The notes beneath the pieces were generated by a model. That model saw only the letters and a program-made list of their open reading frames with translations, was not told the origin of the DNA and did no database searches. This document shows positions 28,201 through 39,211 of a stretch of 64,000 nucleotides of DNA, in pieces. The position numbers and the translations under genes were made by a program. Source of the stretch: Paecilomyces variotii (taxonomy: Eukaryota); the NCBI GenBank assembly GCA_004022145.1, contig RCNU01000001.1; one strand, written 5' to 3'. Each line of letters starts with the position of its first letter. The stretch's first letter is position 1.

Positions 28201-28628
28201 GTATATTTGGTCTCTTTCCCCGGACGAGGTTCGGGAAATGGAACGACGACGCCATGGGAGCTTCTGATCTCTTTCTCAGCTTCCTTCACAGACTTCGCGG
28301 GGCGTTCCGGGATCTCTTCGATGATCTTCTTGATCTTGGAGAGTGTTTCCTGCATCCGCGACACCTCTCTGTCATAGTCAAGTCTGAGATCGGCAAGCAG
28401 ATCGTCCATTTGCAGTTTGAAGACATTGGACTTGTATAGCCCGCTGGACAGAGCCAGCTCAGCTGAACGATCCTTCTGTACCCGTTTTACACCCGCATGC
28501 GACGACGTAGAGGGGCCATTGTGCTGTGCCTTGCGACCGTTCGAGAGGCTATTTTTGTTGTCGCCGGAGTCCGATTCATCGCTATCGGATGGACTGAGCT
28601 TTCGTCTCTTTGCGCTGTGGGCCGACAT
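25287..28628 (-). CDS. UTP22: U3 snoRNP-associated Nrap protein Utp22
   Basis: Intronless ~1113 aa; FQEKDYVNYRYFHKRAYY, FWGEKSELRRFKDGSI, QFESSTRWPDDL. Confidence 0.93.
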   Translation of the reverse strand: MSAHSAKRRKLSPSDSDESDSGDNKNSLSNGRKAQHNGPSTSSHAGVKRVQKDRSAELALSSGLYKSNVFKLQMDDLLADLRLDYDREVSRMQETLSKIKKIIEEIPERPAKSVKEAEKEIRSSHGVVVPFPEPRPGKETKYTMAYAKPANINVVGSFALRTGVKTANPYTIDLAVTMPDELFQEKDYVNYRYFHKRAYYVACIAAGLQSAKGLDLSVKFEYQDGDSLRPVIVLEHPHKATNQAVAPTPRIRIITAINQTVFPISKTLPAKNNIRKGDTNRESNESSGEPTPYYNAALRSEATVTPYLKYLHAAIQKSDSFRDACILGHTWLRQRGFGPSPQAGGLGTFEWAVIVAILMESGGPNGKPVLLPSYSSYQIFKAMMQFFSNRDLTQPIILSAAPMSIPSEGPVIYDGNRGLNILYKMTPWSYNLLRHEARLTLAMLNESRYDNFGNVFIVKVHEPMLRFDRVLSLPLPPKTSGILASLQYQSLLFQVLSRALGDRANLIALSSRDSEPWAIGSSPKNNSKKVVQVGLLLESKNANRVIDQGPSAEQKDEAASFQAFWGEKSELRRFKDGSIVETLVWSDHPSAPSIVHQILAYILQRHFGISEESLTYIGDEYDRILDNWGGSLTSSSKLFQLVLDAFNSLERSLRDMVDVPLTIKQLLPASPLLRHTALEMRPDGGANSGVVDVVLQFESSTRWPDDLAATQMTKLAFLVKIGDYLESSGEATSCRTGLENESTKLLNNGFLDIVHKSHVTFRLRIHHDREQALLEGQLKNKTLSARVKEETADALAAYKRLFIQGPRLTQALHTLCTRIPALSPTIRVMKHWFSSHLLVPHINEEFIELLTTRAFLHPYPWETPSSVMAGFLRTLHFLSRWNWKQEPLIVDVNESLTAETLESIRTRFAAWRKVDPAMNSVVFFAASDIDRDGITWTQYEMPSKVVAARISALAKAAVTLIREKGSDLDVTELFRPSLAPYDFVVELDPKRAANDRSGGLVKFKNLQELGNSESHKSSAAIMSFVQEIRASFGNNMLLFHGDGHCRRIAGLWNPQMKKPRGLALKLAYSTMPDKSNDDDPEGNVTINTSGILNEIARLGEGLVRTIYVQNGGA

Positions 28629-29301
28629 GGTGATCGTATATGGAACGCTGGTCCAGCGTTCCTCTGGCTTCTTGAGAGGCCCGTTGAGAAGCACGGGCGA
28701 GCAATCAATGTGAGGGTTGTTGATTTTCGGCGATAATGCTCTGCTCGACCGTTGCTGCTACAAAAAAAATTCGGTACTGGACCCGACGGTAATAATTATC
28801 GGACTAACAAACGAATCAAAGCTTAGGGAAGTTTAACCGGTCATAATGAGTCACGTGACCACTTACTCTATGCATGACAGCTCGCTCTGATTTGATTATT
28901 ATTGTTATTGTCAATAGATATGTTGCAATTGTCCTTGTGCAGAGTTAAAATACAGGAGATAGATTCTGACACCGAGAGTGTCTAGTATGGAGACAACTGA
29001 CTCCCTCTGAATAATTGGTTGTAAGGAGGAAGAGTGAAAGGAACAGCCTCTTTCATTTCTCTCGAATTTGGATATCAAATTTGGAACGATAACTTGGCTT
29101 ACGGGACTTGATTTTGCCCGATAATGGTGCCATAAGTCCGGACAGCCTGACCTGCTCAAGGCCAATAATCCTCAACCGGGCTGTTTCATATAGGCATTCA
29201 TCCATGTCGACATAACAAAGTGTTTTCTTTTTGGGCGGTCAGTTTTCAGTTAGGCTGATGCGCTTGGCGACCCGTGAGAAGGTTGTTAGAAGTTCAGACG
29301 C

Positions 29302-29659
29302 CTAGTCTCCAGAAATGTAGAGAACTTTCTCCAGGTCAGCATCATATTATCAAGTAATCCAAGCGACCTGACACTAACCATTATTCCCTCGTACAAAGGC
29401 ATCTCCATAGCTACGCCTCAATTTTCCATCGACGTACTCTTCAGTCTTCTCGAGAGCAATGTTCATATATCCGTCGACAGATTGGAGCTCCCCTAGGAGA
29501 TATATATCAGTATCCATCAAGGACGACGACAGACACGCGGGGTAAGTTGGTACCTTTATAGACGACACCGGAATTGAGCTTAACTGTTACCGGAGCGCCG
29601 ATAATCTCCGACAGGAAAGCGGAGGGGTCCTTGCCCTCGGATGAAGAACCGTTCTCCAT
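29302..29659 (-). CDS. LSM6: U6 snRNA-associated Sm-like protein Lsm6 (3 exons)
   Basis: PSAFLSEIIGAPVTVKLNSGVVYK, LQSVDGYMNIALE, YGDAFVRGNN, VLYIS. Confidence 0.92.
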
Positions 29660-30282
29660 GCTTGGAGATCTCAGGAGCCTTGAGTTATGGTGGTCAGAAC
29701 TGGGCGCGCTCTCGCGAGTAACGATGGTCGATCGATCGATCGATTTCGGTTCGAGCTTCAAGGATGACATAAGCGGATGGCAGTTGCAGTCTGACTCAGC
29801 AGGGTTCCAATGTCTTTTTTCAGTTTAGCGCGGGAAAAAGAAAAAAGACGCGGGGCAGACAAAAAGAGGAGAGCAAAGCAAGAGATTCATCATGATAGTG
29901 TAGTTTGCAACTGAGTATGAGCACAACAGTAGCAGTCAAAATAGACAATAGAATAGATAGACTGATATACCATTGTCTTACATGCTGAACACTTCCAGCT
30001 AGGCCCGCTAAATTATTATGGTACTGGGAAGCCTCAACAATCGCGGAGTAAGGTAGAGTATCATACATTACTAGTGTAGATGCTCCGAGATCGCAGGGCC
30101 GGAAATGACTAATAATCGATAGGATAGGATAACTAGTTACACTGACAGGGACAACTGCTGCTCGTGTTGTTCACATTCAGTCAATAACTATCTTGTGATT
30201 CTGTGCTGGACTTGCTGGATCTTATCCCAATCGCTTCAAGGAAGATTGGCCCTCACATCCTGTTCTCCTTCGTCCGTCCCAA

Positions 30283-32412
30283 ATGCTTCAAGCGCTGGGA
30301 GGGCCAGTCCCTCCGAACACTGACCATGTACGTGCCCAATGCCGAGCGTGACTTGTGTGTCGCATGCTTCTTCGCTGTCCCCCTTCTCTGGGGCTGTAGC
30401 ACATAGTTACAGGAGTTCTCTGCTTGATCCGGCTTCATGACGACTACTCAGCTCTTTAATCGCTATGCTCCAGGAAGAGTGGAGAGCTAACCTCTGGAAC
30501 AGGCAGTCAGTGTCTCTCTGCCGACATGGCAGGCCAACATCGGTTACGAGGAGGGCCAAGAATGGGTAGTCAGTAAGATGCAGTGTGGCTATCCCAGATT
30601 CTTCGTGCATCCCAGCATCAAGAAACTAGCGGAGGAGGTTATACGCCGCCACGGGGACGTGGAGGTTGACTCAGCGACACTCTTTCCCACCAAGAGGACG
30701 GCAAAGGTGTGCTACTCCTTTATGGCGGCCAAAATACCTCAGGAGGATGTGCCAAAAGTGCGAGTTCTGAACTTCGTGCCAGCGCGGGGTGCGGATCCCA
30801 GTTCGCTTGTGTCCTCCTTGTCCTGCGTCCTCTACCCAAAGCAGTATGCGCCGGTCGCCAAGCAAGTCTGGCAGCATTCAGGCAATGGTATCTCCAGTCG
30901 TCGAAGCGAATTCCTCCTCACCGCGCTGCAGGATGGCTATCTGGTCGAGGAACATGCGCCCAGTGCGCAGGCGCAGGAGGTGAAATCCAGAAGGGTGCAC
31001 AAAGGTCCAAGGAGATACCAGACGAAAGATTCGTTCGATGGAACATCTACAAAAGAAGCAGGCTCGCCGCCGCCAACAAACGATGCCCGAGACGGGAAAG
31101 AATACGCCCAATTTATCGAAGAACGCTTTGGCCGTAATCTCAATCTTTCCTTGGCCGATAGAGCGAAACTGGCCGTTCGAAGGCGGATCGCTGGGTCATT
31201 GACTGCCGACGTTGATCTGTCCGAGGCCCTCGAGAAGACTTCGTCTGATGGCCGAATCGCAGGCTTAAGCGAAGATGACGTTTTTCTGTTCCCGACCGGC
31301 ATGAGTTCCATTTTCAACGTTCACCAGATCCTGCTGAACACCATTGGCCAAAGGAAGAGCATCTGTTTCGGATTTCCCTACATTGATACCCTGAAGATCC
31401 TTGAGAAATGGGGACCTGGTTGTTTGTTTTATGGTCATGGATCGGCCGAAGACATCGACGATATAGAGCGACGGTTACGGGAAGGTGAAAGATTCCTGGC
31501 GCTTTTCACCGAGTTCCCTGGGAACCCACTGTTGAAGTCAGCAGATCTGAGACGTATACGCGCGCTTGCGGATGAATTCAACTTTGCAGTTGTGGTGGAC
31601 GAAACCGTCGGCAATTTCATCAATGTCAACGTCCTTCCTTACGCGGATGTCGTTGTCAGCAGTCTAACCAAAGTCTTCAGCGGAGACAGCAATGTCATGG
31701 GTGGGAGCGCCGTACTCAACCCGCATGGCCCCTTCTACAGAAGTCTCAAGGACACGTTCGCGGCAGAATATGAAGACATCGTTTGGGCCGAAGATGCTGT
31801 CTTCCTTGAAAGGAACAGCCGTGACTTTATTTCGAGAATAGAGAAGATAAACGCCACAACTGAAGCGGTCACCGATGTTTTGAAATCCTCTCCTATCGGT
31901 ACGTATCTCTAGCAACGAAGCGAAAGGCTTAGCTTGTCTAATACGGAGTATAGTGAAGGAAGTTTACTACCCTAAGTATAGCCCTACGAAGCCGCTATAT
32001 GACAGCTTTAAAAATCCGCGCGGTGGATACGGTGGTCTATTTTCTGTCACATTTCATTCGACTGCTCAGGCCGTGGCTTTTTTTGACACGCTTGAAGTTT
32101 TGAAAGGACCAAGTCTCGGAACGAATTTCACGCTCAGGTACGTCGAACCCACTGATTCACTGCCTCCATGTCACTGACGAATTTCTAGTTGCCCCTATAC
32201 GCTTATCGCCCACTATGGAGAACTGGACTGGGTAAGATGCTCTTCGAGGCTTGCCATTAGCACCTTTGTCACTGACTGTAGTATAGGCACGCTCTTTTAA
32301 CGTCGATCCTGACTTGGTGCGGATCAGTGTTGGGCTTGAGGACTCTGCAGATCTCAGTGAGAGATTTAAGCGAGCCCTAGCTGCGGCGCAAGACGCGTCC
32401 TCTCAGGAGTAA
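30283..32412 (+). CDS. Cystathionine gamma-synthase (Str2/MetB-like, PLP-dependent)
   Basis: AVSVSLPTW, GYPRFFVH, EFPGNPLL, PLP-lysine motif SLTKVFSG, KGPSLGTNFTL, VRISVG. Confidence 0.9.
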
Positions 32413-32940
32413 GGTAGATCAGGCTGTGTTTGACAGGCAGGCGATTCAGCTGCTGTTATATTTCGAGACTCTTATAGGCTCTTGCCCAACGCACTGTCCG
32501 TAATAGTCCCGCAAAAAGAACCTGGCACAAAATGGGTTGGGGAATTGAGCTGGCATTCCATTCCCGCGAGCAGTCGTGCAGAGTGGTTGTCAATTACTCC
32601 TGTACACAATAACCCGCCCGGAAGATGCATCTGTCGCCAACAACTATCAGTAAGCCGCTATATCAAGACGTGTAGGAGGAAGTTGGATCTTACCATACAC
32701 TTGCACACGAGTGCTTAATGCACTCTGTGGAAGGCTAGATACCCTGGATGTGTAGAGTGAGAGTGGTACCATGCAGTAACCTGCTCACAGTAGAATGAAC
32801 TAGATTTCAAGGGTACAATGTGCACATATCGAGAGCACAACACCACCTCCAAAGATATACGACCAGAATGAAGAGAGCTGTCGGCAATAGAGTCACATGG
32901 TGCTGAGAAAGTAGTTTAAAGTAGATCTTCCCCAAGGGTA

Positions 32941-34110
32941 TCATTTGATGGGACGATCATACCCTCCCTCGTCATTCTCCGCCATACTTAGAGCCCGACT
33001 CCTGATCCCGCTCAGATCACCGCTTCCGGTTCTCCTCAAGGCTTGTCGCATTGTCTCAACATTGACCTCTCCCCCGAAATTCCCGGATAGTGGACTATGC
33101 GGACTATGCGGAATCGGTAAAGGACTCGTAATGCCGCGACTTGCACGGTTAGGTGATGTTTCCTGACCTTTGAGTGACGGCGATAAGCTAGTTGGAGGCG
33201 ATGTACCGAACCCACGAGAGGAGACGGGAGAACGTGCAGGGGATGGAGAGCCATTCTGGGCGGCCAGGGCAGCTGATGCATTGCTCAACCCTACGATACG
33301 CGATGCATCCGAATTGCCAAATTGCTCATTATTTTCAGCCTGTTCAGCATTGACAACGTCGGCAAAGGAAATGAAACTCAGGCGTTTAACATCGCTAGAG
33401 TCGAGTGCTCCATAAATGGATGCGGTATCTGCGGCTTCACCGGGACGTTGGCCTGCATCTTCATGCCAGGAGGAAGCAAGAGATTGGTCTGCAGTAGATG
33501 CTCCTGCGACAGCTAGAGCTGCTGGCTGGTGAGCATTGTGTGTAATAATCTCGACGGAATCCGGATCGAGGCGTTTGTCCGTAATTGCAACGGAAGAGGC
33601 TTCCAGGATGGGCGGTATATGGTTCTCAGTCATAATATGTGAAGGGATCCCGGGAGAAGTTTGAGCTGGCATTATGTCTTCCTGAACATTACGTTCAAAG
33701 ATCTGCGAGGCAGGTGAACGAAGGCGGGGAGATTTTGGTTCCATAGAGCGCCCCGGAGATGATGGGTGTGCATATGGATATCGAACTCGACTTGGCGAGG
33801 CAGATGAGCGGACAGGATCCAAGCGGCCAGAAGGTGAAGCAGGGATCATGTTATGAACCGATGAATTCGTGTCTGTCGTATATTGACCCTCGCTACCTGG
33901 TCGCTTCTCATCGCCTGTGTCACTAGGGCTTTGAGGATACGACTCTGTTCTTGAGCCAGTATCACGGTCACTGGCTTGCTTGTTTCCCGCAGAGAGTATC
34001 CCCTGACTCAATAGTGATTGTTTGGGAAGTGCTCGTTCTGAAGGGTGCATGGGGCTGGCCGTCGCAAGGGCCGAGGACTGCGTATCGTGCTGCTCCTCAA
34101 CGGCTGACAT
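32941..34110 (-). CDS. Hypothetical Ser/Pro-rich protein, 389 aa
   Basis: Long ATG-initiated intronless ORF; mostly low complexity with ordered-looking islands (SQIFERNVQE, KRLSFISFADVV, ETMRQALRRT). Confidence 0.8.
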   Translation of the reverse strand: MSAVEEQHDTQSSALATASPMHPSERALPKQSLLSQGILSAGNKQASDRDTGSRTESYPQSPSDTGDEKRPGSEGQYTTDTNSSVHNMIPASPSGRLDPVRSSASPSRVRYPYAHPSSPGRSMEPKSPRLRSPASQIFERNVQEDIMPAQTSPGIPSHIMTENHIPPILEASSVAITDKRLDPDSVEIITHNAHQPAALAVAGASTADQSLASSWHEDAGQRPGEAADTASIYGALDSSDVKRLSFISFADVVNAEQAENNEQFGNSDASRIVGLSNASAALAAQNGSPSPARSPVSSRGFGTSPPTSLSPSLKGQETSPNRASRGITSPLPIPHSPHSPLSGNFGGEVNVETMRQALRRTGSGDLSGIRSRALSMAENDEGGYDRPIK

Positions 34111-35562
34111 GCTGAATTCGTGCTCCCGAGAGGTTAACTCGAGATTCGCGATAAAAGGCCTGTAGTTTCCTGCCTCGTGAACCTGTCAGCATCACGCTGT
34201 TCTTCCACATTGTCGCATGGGAGCCATATTTGTACAAGGGCGAAAATGACAGCCACGAAGACTTGAAGGGACAATTTACCAATATTCGCTGCAAAAAGGG
34301 GGTTACTTGTTGAACTCTGGCTGGTGCTGGTTAGCAGCTAGGTCTTGTATGAAGATACTGGATCGAGTGCTTAGACTCGGCTGATCCTAAGCCGACTAAT
34401 AGATAAGGCGGGGTTGAGGGTATTCCACAAGGGACGCAAAACCCGATAAACTGCAGTTTGCTAATACAACAATGATGATACAGGTAAGATCAATATTAAT
34501 AGGAATCTGTTTCTGAGCGAGCTGGGAAGGGCGGAGTGTCTGCCCGATCGAAAAGGAGGCAGCGCGGATGTGATCATGGGGAGCGGCAAAGCGGGACCAC
34601 GGAAAAGTAGATAAATCCAGGCAACCAGGAGCGCAATTATTCGAACTGACAGGGGTAAACCATGCGCTCTCCTCTCTAGACGGGATGGTCTGCTTATCGA
34701 GATTCCAGAGATATCTGCGCAGTTCGTGCTATAGTTAATTTTCTTAAAAAAAATAAATAATAATAATAGTGGCTGCCGTACTTCTAAGAGAGCTTCGACT
34801 GCATGCGGAACCAACTCTGCGATGACAACCGGAACGTTCTACGAGCCCAAGCAAGCCACTGTGGGTTATCCAGAGAAGATCTCGGTTTAGATACAACGGC
34901 AGGTACGTCACTTGGGAACGAATGCCTTAAAGATCAGCGCAGATCCTCCAGAAATCAGGAGAGGAACTCGAAACAAGAACTGGTTAATAGTAGTAGTAGT
35001 ACGATGTAGTACATAACTTACTGGTTGGCGGCAGTCAATAACAGCCTGTAATAACAATATACAGTAATATATTACATCCATGATTATTATTAGCCAGCAA
35101 CCTGCACTAATAATAATGATAACAAACAAATAATACATAAATACTGTATCCATTACCGCGAGACGCGTATTGGGCACGTGATCACAAGGCGGTCTGGGCA
35201 GTCAACGGACCTTTTGCTTCCGTGCTCCGTCTCGCGGAAAACTCCTGGGCTTTGCTCGTCCAGAAGTGCCTCATAGTCGCCGATTCGACGACACAAGTCA
35301 CTTGCACGTCCGCAGGTAACGTCGAATCTGATCCGAATTGGAGTTCTGGGACCCATCATCTTCTCTGATCTCCTCTTTGGTAAGGAAATCGGATGATGGA
35401 AAGTCATTGTTGCGACCCTTCCATCTGACCACCTGCATTGTTTCCATATTTTCTCCCAGCTCAAGGACAGAAGGACGAACCGGTCTTCTTGCGACGTCTC
35501 TGCCATATCTCTTTAACAGCCTTTCGATCTTTTCCAATTAACGGCATCTTAATTCTCTCATC

Positions 35563-36168
35563 ATGTCTACCTGCGCTGCGGCCCCGAAGCGGTCCTTTCT
35601 GAGACTATCATTCCTTCTGCCTTCATGGAGCGAATCGAGCCCTCTGGTGTTCCGCCGGAATCAATCTTCCTACAGGCGGACTAAAGCGCGACTCCGCGTG
35701 AAGCCAGATGCCTCCTTTGGCCCTTCGCAGGCTCAGCTGCATGAGCACGTCATCTATAATCCCCCGTCGAGCGCGCCATCGGTCTACCAAACACCTACAA
35801 AATTTCTGCCCGCAGATGATATTCGCAGAACTCTCCGTGCTGCCTCTCCCGTAGCAGAAACCAGAGAGACGGATCTACCACCGGTCTTCAAGGAGACCCC
35901 GGAGAAGAAGTACCACCTCACTCCCGCCGACATCGAAGAGATTCGGAAACTCCGTGCTAGCGACCCGATGACGTGGAGCAGATGGAAGCTTGCTCGACGC
36001 TTCGACTGCTCCCCGCTCTTCATTGCGATGGTGTGCGAAGCCAGCCCTCAGAAGAAGGAGATCCAGAAGCAGGTACTGCAAGCAGTACAGTCGCGGTGGG
36101 GTACGAAGCGGCGGATTGCAAGAGAAGACCGAGAGTTGCGCAAGGAAACCTGGGGAAGGGATGAATAA
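35563..36168 (+). CDS. MRPL20: Mitochondrial large-subunit ribosomal protein mL58/MrpL20-like
   Basis: Presequence-like N-terminus; NPPSSAPS..TPTKFLP..D.RR; KYHLTPADIEEIRKLR..DP..W...KLA. Confidence 0.82.
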   Translation: MSTCAAAPKRSFLRLSFLLPSWSESSPLVFRRNQSSYRRTKARLRVKPDASFGPSQAQLHEHVIYNPPSSAPSVYQTPTKFLPADDIRRTLRAASPVAETRETDLPPVFKETPEKKYHLTPADIEEIRKLRASDPMTWSRWKLARRFDCSPLFIAMVCEASPQKKEIQKQVLQAVQSRWGTKRRIAREDRELRKETWGRDE

Positions 36169-36880
36169 CGGTGAAATGACCAATGTTGGTTGCGTCTTCT
36201 CCAATTCATTTTCGGTGCTGTGCATCAGGATGCGAGACGGTTGCCAAGGCGTATGTGTCGACCTGGATTCTCTGCATGATTACGCTGGCCGGACGGGGTG
36301 GACCACGGCACACGCGAATGGAATGGACATGTATCTGAATCAATTCATGGCTATACAGCATTGTACACTATTATATTTCCTCATCCTCTTTCTCACTGTA
36401 TTAGAAGAGCCTTGTGTGTTTAGAACCAAAAACAAAAAATCAAATCATGTCTATGAATACGTTGATAGTTAATACCCGACTTGCTCGAAATTTTATGTAG
36501 AACAAATACTATAGTATGATTACGTGGGATTGTAACCAACCAACTAAACTAACTAGTGGTACGTTGTATCTCTGGCTCGCGTGTTGTACGGCGCAACCGT
36601 CGGGAATCGCGATGCAACTCTAGGAATTAACGTAATAAGTAGTCGCCCAAAGAAAAGGCCCTCTTCTTATTCGCCCAAATCTGCGACCCCTCTATCGGTA
36701 TCTATTCCAATGCTCCCCGCTCTGTCCCTCCGTCGCATTTCAGCATCGTTTCCTAGGTGCAGACAAATTTCTTCGTCTTCACCTACACCTGGGCTTCCTT
36801 GCGTGTTGAAGTCTTTCATTCCCAGATCGTCTCAGACAACCCCTCGTCGATTCTTCTACGGACATATTGACGACCGCAAA

Positions 36881-38582
36881 ATGGCGCCGCAGTTGGAGCC
36901 TTTTTTCAAGGAGTAAGCAAGCTCTCTGTGCTTCTGGGAGCCAGTCAGAACTTCAGAAACTGACCCTGGTGTGCTTTCGTTTAGGGTGGACCAGCAGTCT
37001 GAGTCTTTTATTGACCGTATGTACCTTTTCCATGGCCTGTTTGTGCTCTTTTGGGCTTTTGAAGAGTGAAACTGAGCTTCTGCTGCGATCAAGGTCTTCG
37101 CAAGGCTGTTGCGATTCCATCCGTCTCTGCTCAGGATGAGAACCGAAAGGATGTCTTCAAGGTGAGTTCCATCTGGTTGCCGATTTTAAGCTGCAGTCGT
37201 CTGATGTGGTTGCTACTTTAGATGGCCGATTTCCTCGCTTCTGAGCTGGAAGCTCTCGGAGCTGAAGTGCACAAAAGACCACTAGGAAAGCAGCCCGGTA
37301 AGGAGCATCTCGATCTGCCGCCTGTTGTCATTGCCCGATATGGAAACGACAAGAACAAGCGGACGATCTTGGTGTACGGCCACTATGACGTCCAACCGGC
37401 TTTGAAGGAAGATGGATGGGCTACTGAGCCTTTCACCCTTAGCATTGACGATAAGGGAAGAATGTACGGTCGTGGTGCTACGGATGACAAGGGACCTGTC
37501 CTGGGCTGGTTGAACGTTATCGAAGCTCACAAGAAGGCTGGCGTCGAGTTCCCTGTGAACTTGCTATGCTGCTTTGAGGGAATGGAGGAATACGGCTCCG
37601 AAGGGTTGGACGAGTTCATCCAGGCTGAGAGCAAGGGATTCTTCAAGGACGCAGATGCCGTCTGTATCTCCGACAACTACTGGCTGGGAACTGAAAAGCC
37701 CTGCCTAACCTATGGTCTGCGAGGCTGCAACTACTACTCTGTCAGCGTCTCTGGTCCTGCTCAGGATTTGCACAGCGGTGTATTCGGTGGATCTGCACAC
37801 GAACCCATGACAGACCTGGTCAACATTCTGTCAAAGTTGGTCGATTCTCAGGGAAACATCTTGATTCCAGGTCTCATGGATCTTGTTGCCCCTCTGACAG
37901 AGGAGGAGAAGACGCTCTACGGTGGAATCAGCTACAAAATGGAAGACCTTCACGAGTCGCTGGGCAGTGAAACCAGCATTCATCCCACCAAGGAGAGGAC
38001 TCTGATGGCTCGATGGAGATATCCTTCTCTGTCTATTCACGGTATCGAAGGTGCATACTCCGCACCTGGTGCCAAAACAGTTATTCCGGCCAAGGTTATC
38101 GGCAAGTTTTCCATCAGAACCGTGCCCAACATGGAGAGCGCGGATGTGAACAAATTGGTGTTCGATTATATCAAGGCAGAATTTGCCAAGCTGAACACGA
38201 AGAACAAGCTGGATGTCTGGCTCCAGCACGACGGCAAGTGGTGGGTTGCTAGCCCGAAGCACTGGAACTTTACAGCTGCCAGTAAGGCTGTGAAGCAAGT
38301 TTTCGGAGTCGAGCCCGATATGACTCGTGAGGGTGGAAGGTTTGTAGCCTACTGAATCCTTTGTGCAAAGGACTAAAGAAAGCTAACTGTGGTGATAGTA
38401 TTCCTGTCACATTGACTTTCGAGCAGGCAACGGGCAAGAACGTGTTGCTTTTGCCGATGGGCAGCTCCACGGATGCTGCTCACTCTATCAACGAGAAGCT
38501 CGACAAGCGAAACTATATCGAGGGAACGAAGCTGCTGGGAGCTTATCTTCACTATGTCGCGGAGGAGCCCATTGTTAACTAA
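36881..38582 (+). CDS. DUG1: Cys-Gly metallodipeptidase, M20 family (Dug1/CNDP2-like)
   Basis: [43 protein letters not shown]. An in-frame upstream ATG lies at 36710. Confidence 0.93.
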
Positions 38583-39211
38583 GAGAATCTCGAAGAGGGG
38601 CGTTTATTCAAGCGCTTCAAGCAAGTCAGCGTCGTACAACTGCAAGCACGGCTTTGATGATTTCTCTCAGTGCTGTTCCTTCTCCATCCTAAGAAGTCGT
38701 GGAACTTATTATCGGAGACAGAGATATTCGTAATACATAAAAGGATATCGGAGAAGAAACACGTCGAGTTCACTAGGAGTGTATCAAGGATCATGTGGTG
38801 CACGAAATTAGCCAAATATCCACTTGGGTACTCTCATATGGGTAGTTATGGTATTATCTATGTCAATGAACAGAGAAAAATAAACCTCTATCCGTGCTCC
38901 ATCGTGATATGATGATTGTAACGGGGGTTAGCTGTATTCTGCTTACTGGTCTGAAGAGGATCGATAGCGGTAGTACAGTACCTAGTATGTAATAATTATT
39001 CACTACCAGATCACTACCGTAATAGGCAATAATTAAACTGTTCGCGGTGGTGGAGTCGCGCCAAGATTCGGGTCGCTTGCCCTACCGGCGACGCGCTACA
39101 ACGCGCCGACAATAATGTGTCTGTCGATGCGGTTCAACGACACATGAGATATTACTTTTTTCAAAGTGTTCTATTTCCCCTCACGTGTTAAATCGACGAT
39201 GCGATTATGCG

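Noticed and set aside
27603-28439. 278-aa antisense ORF within UTP22
   Set aside because: Antisense shadow with a non-ATG start and no recognisable features.
36881-38582. DUG1 peptidase (or the methyltransferase at 61-62 kb) as RiPP tailoring enzymes
   Set aside because: Both are conserved housekeeping orthologues separated from the cluster by unrelated core genes.
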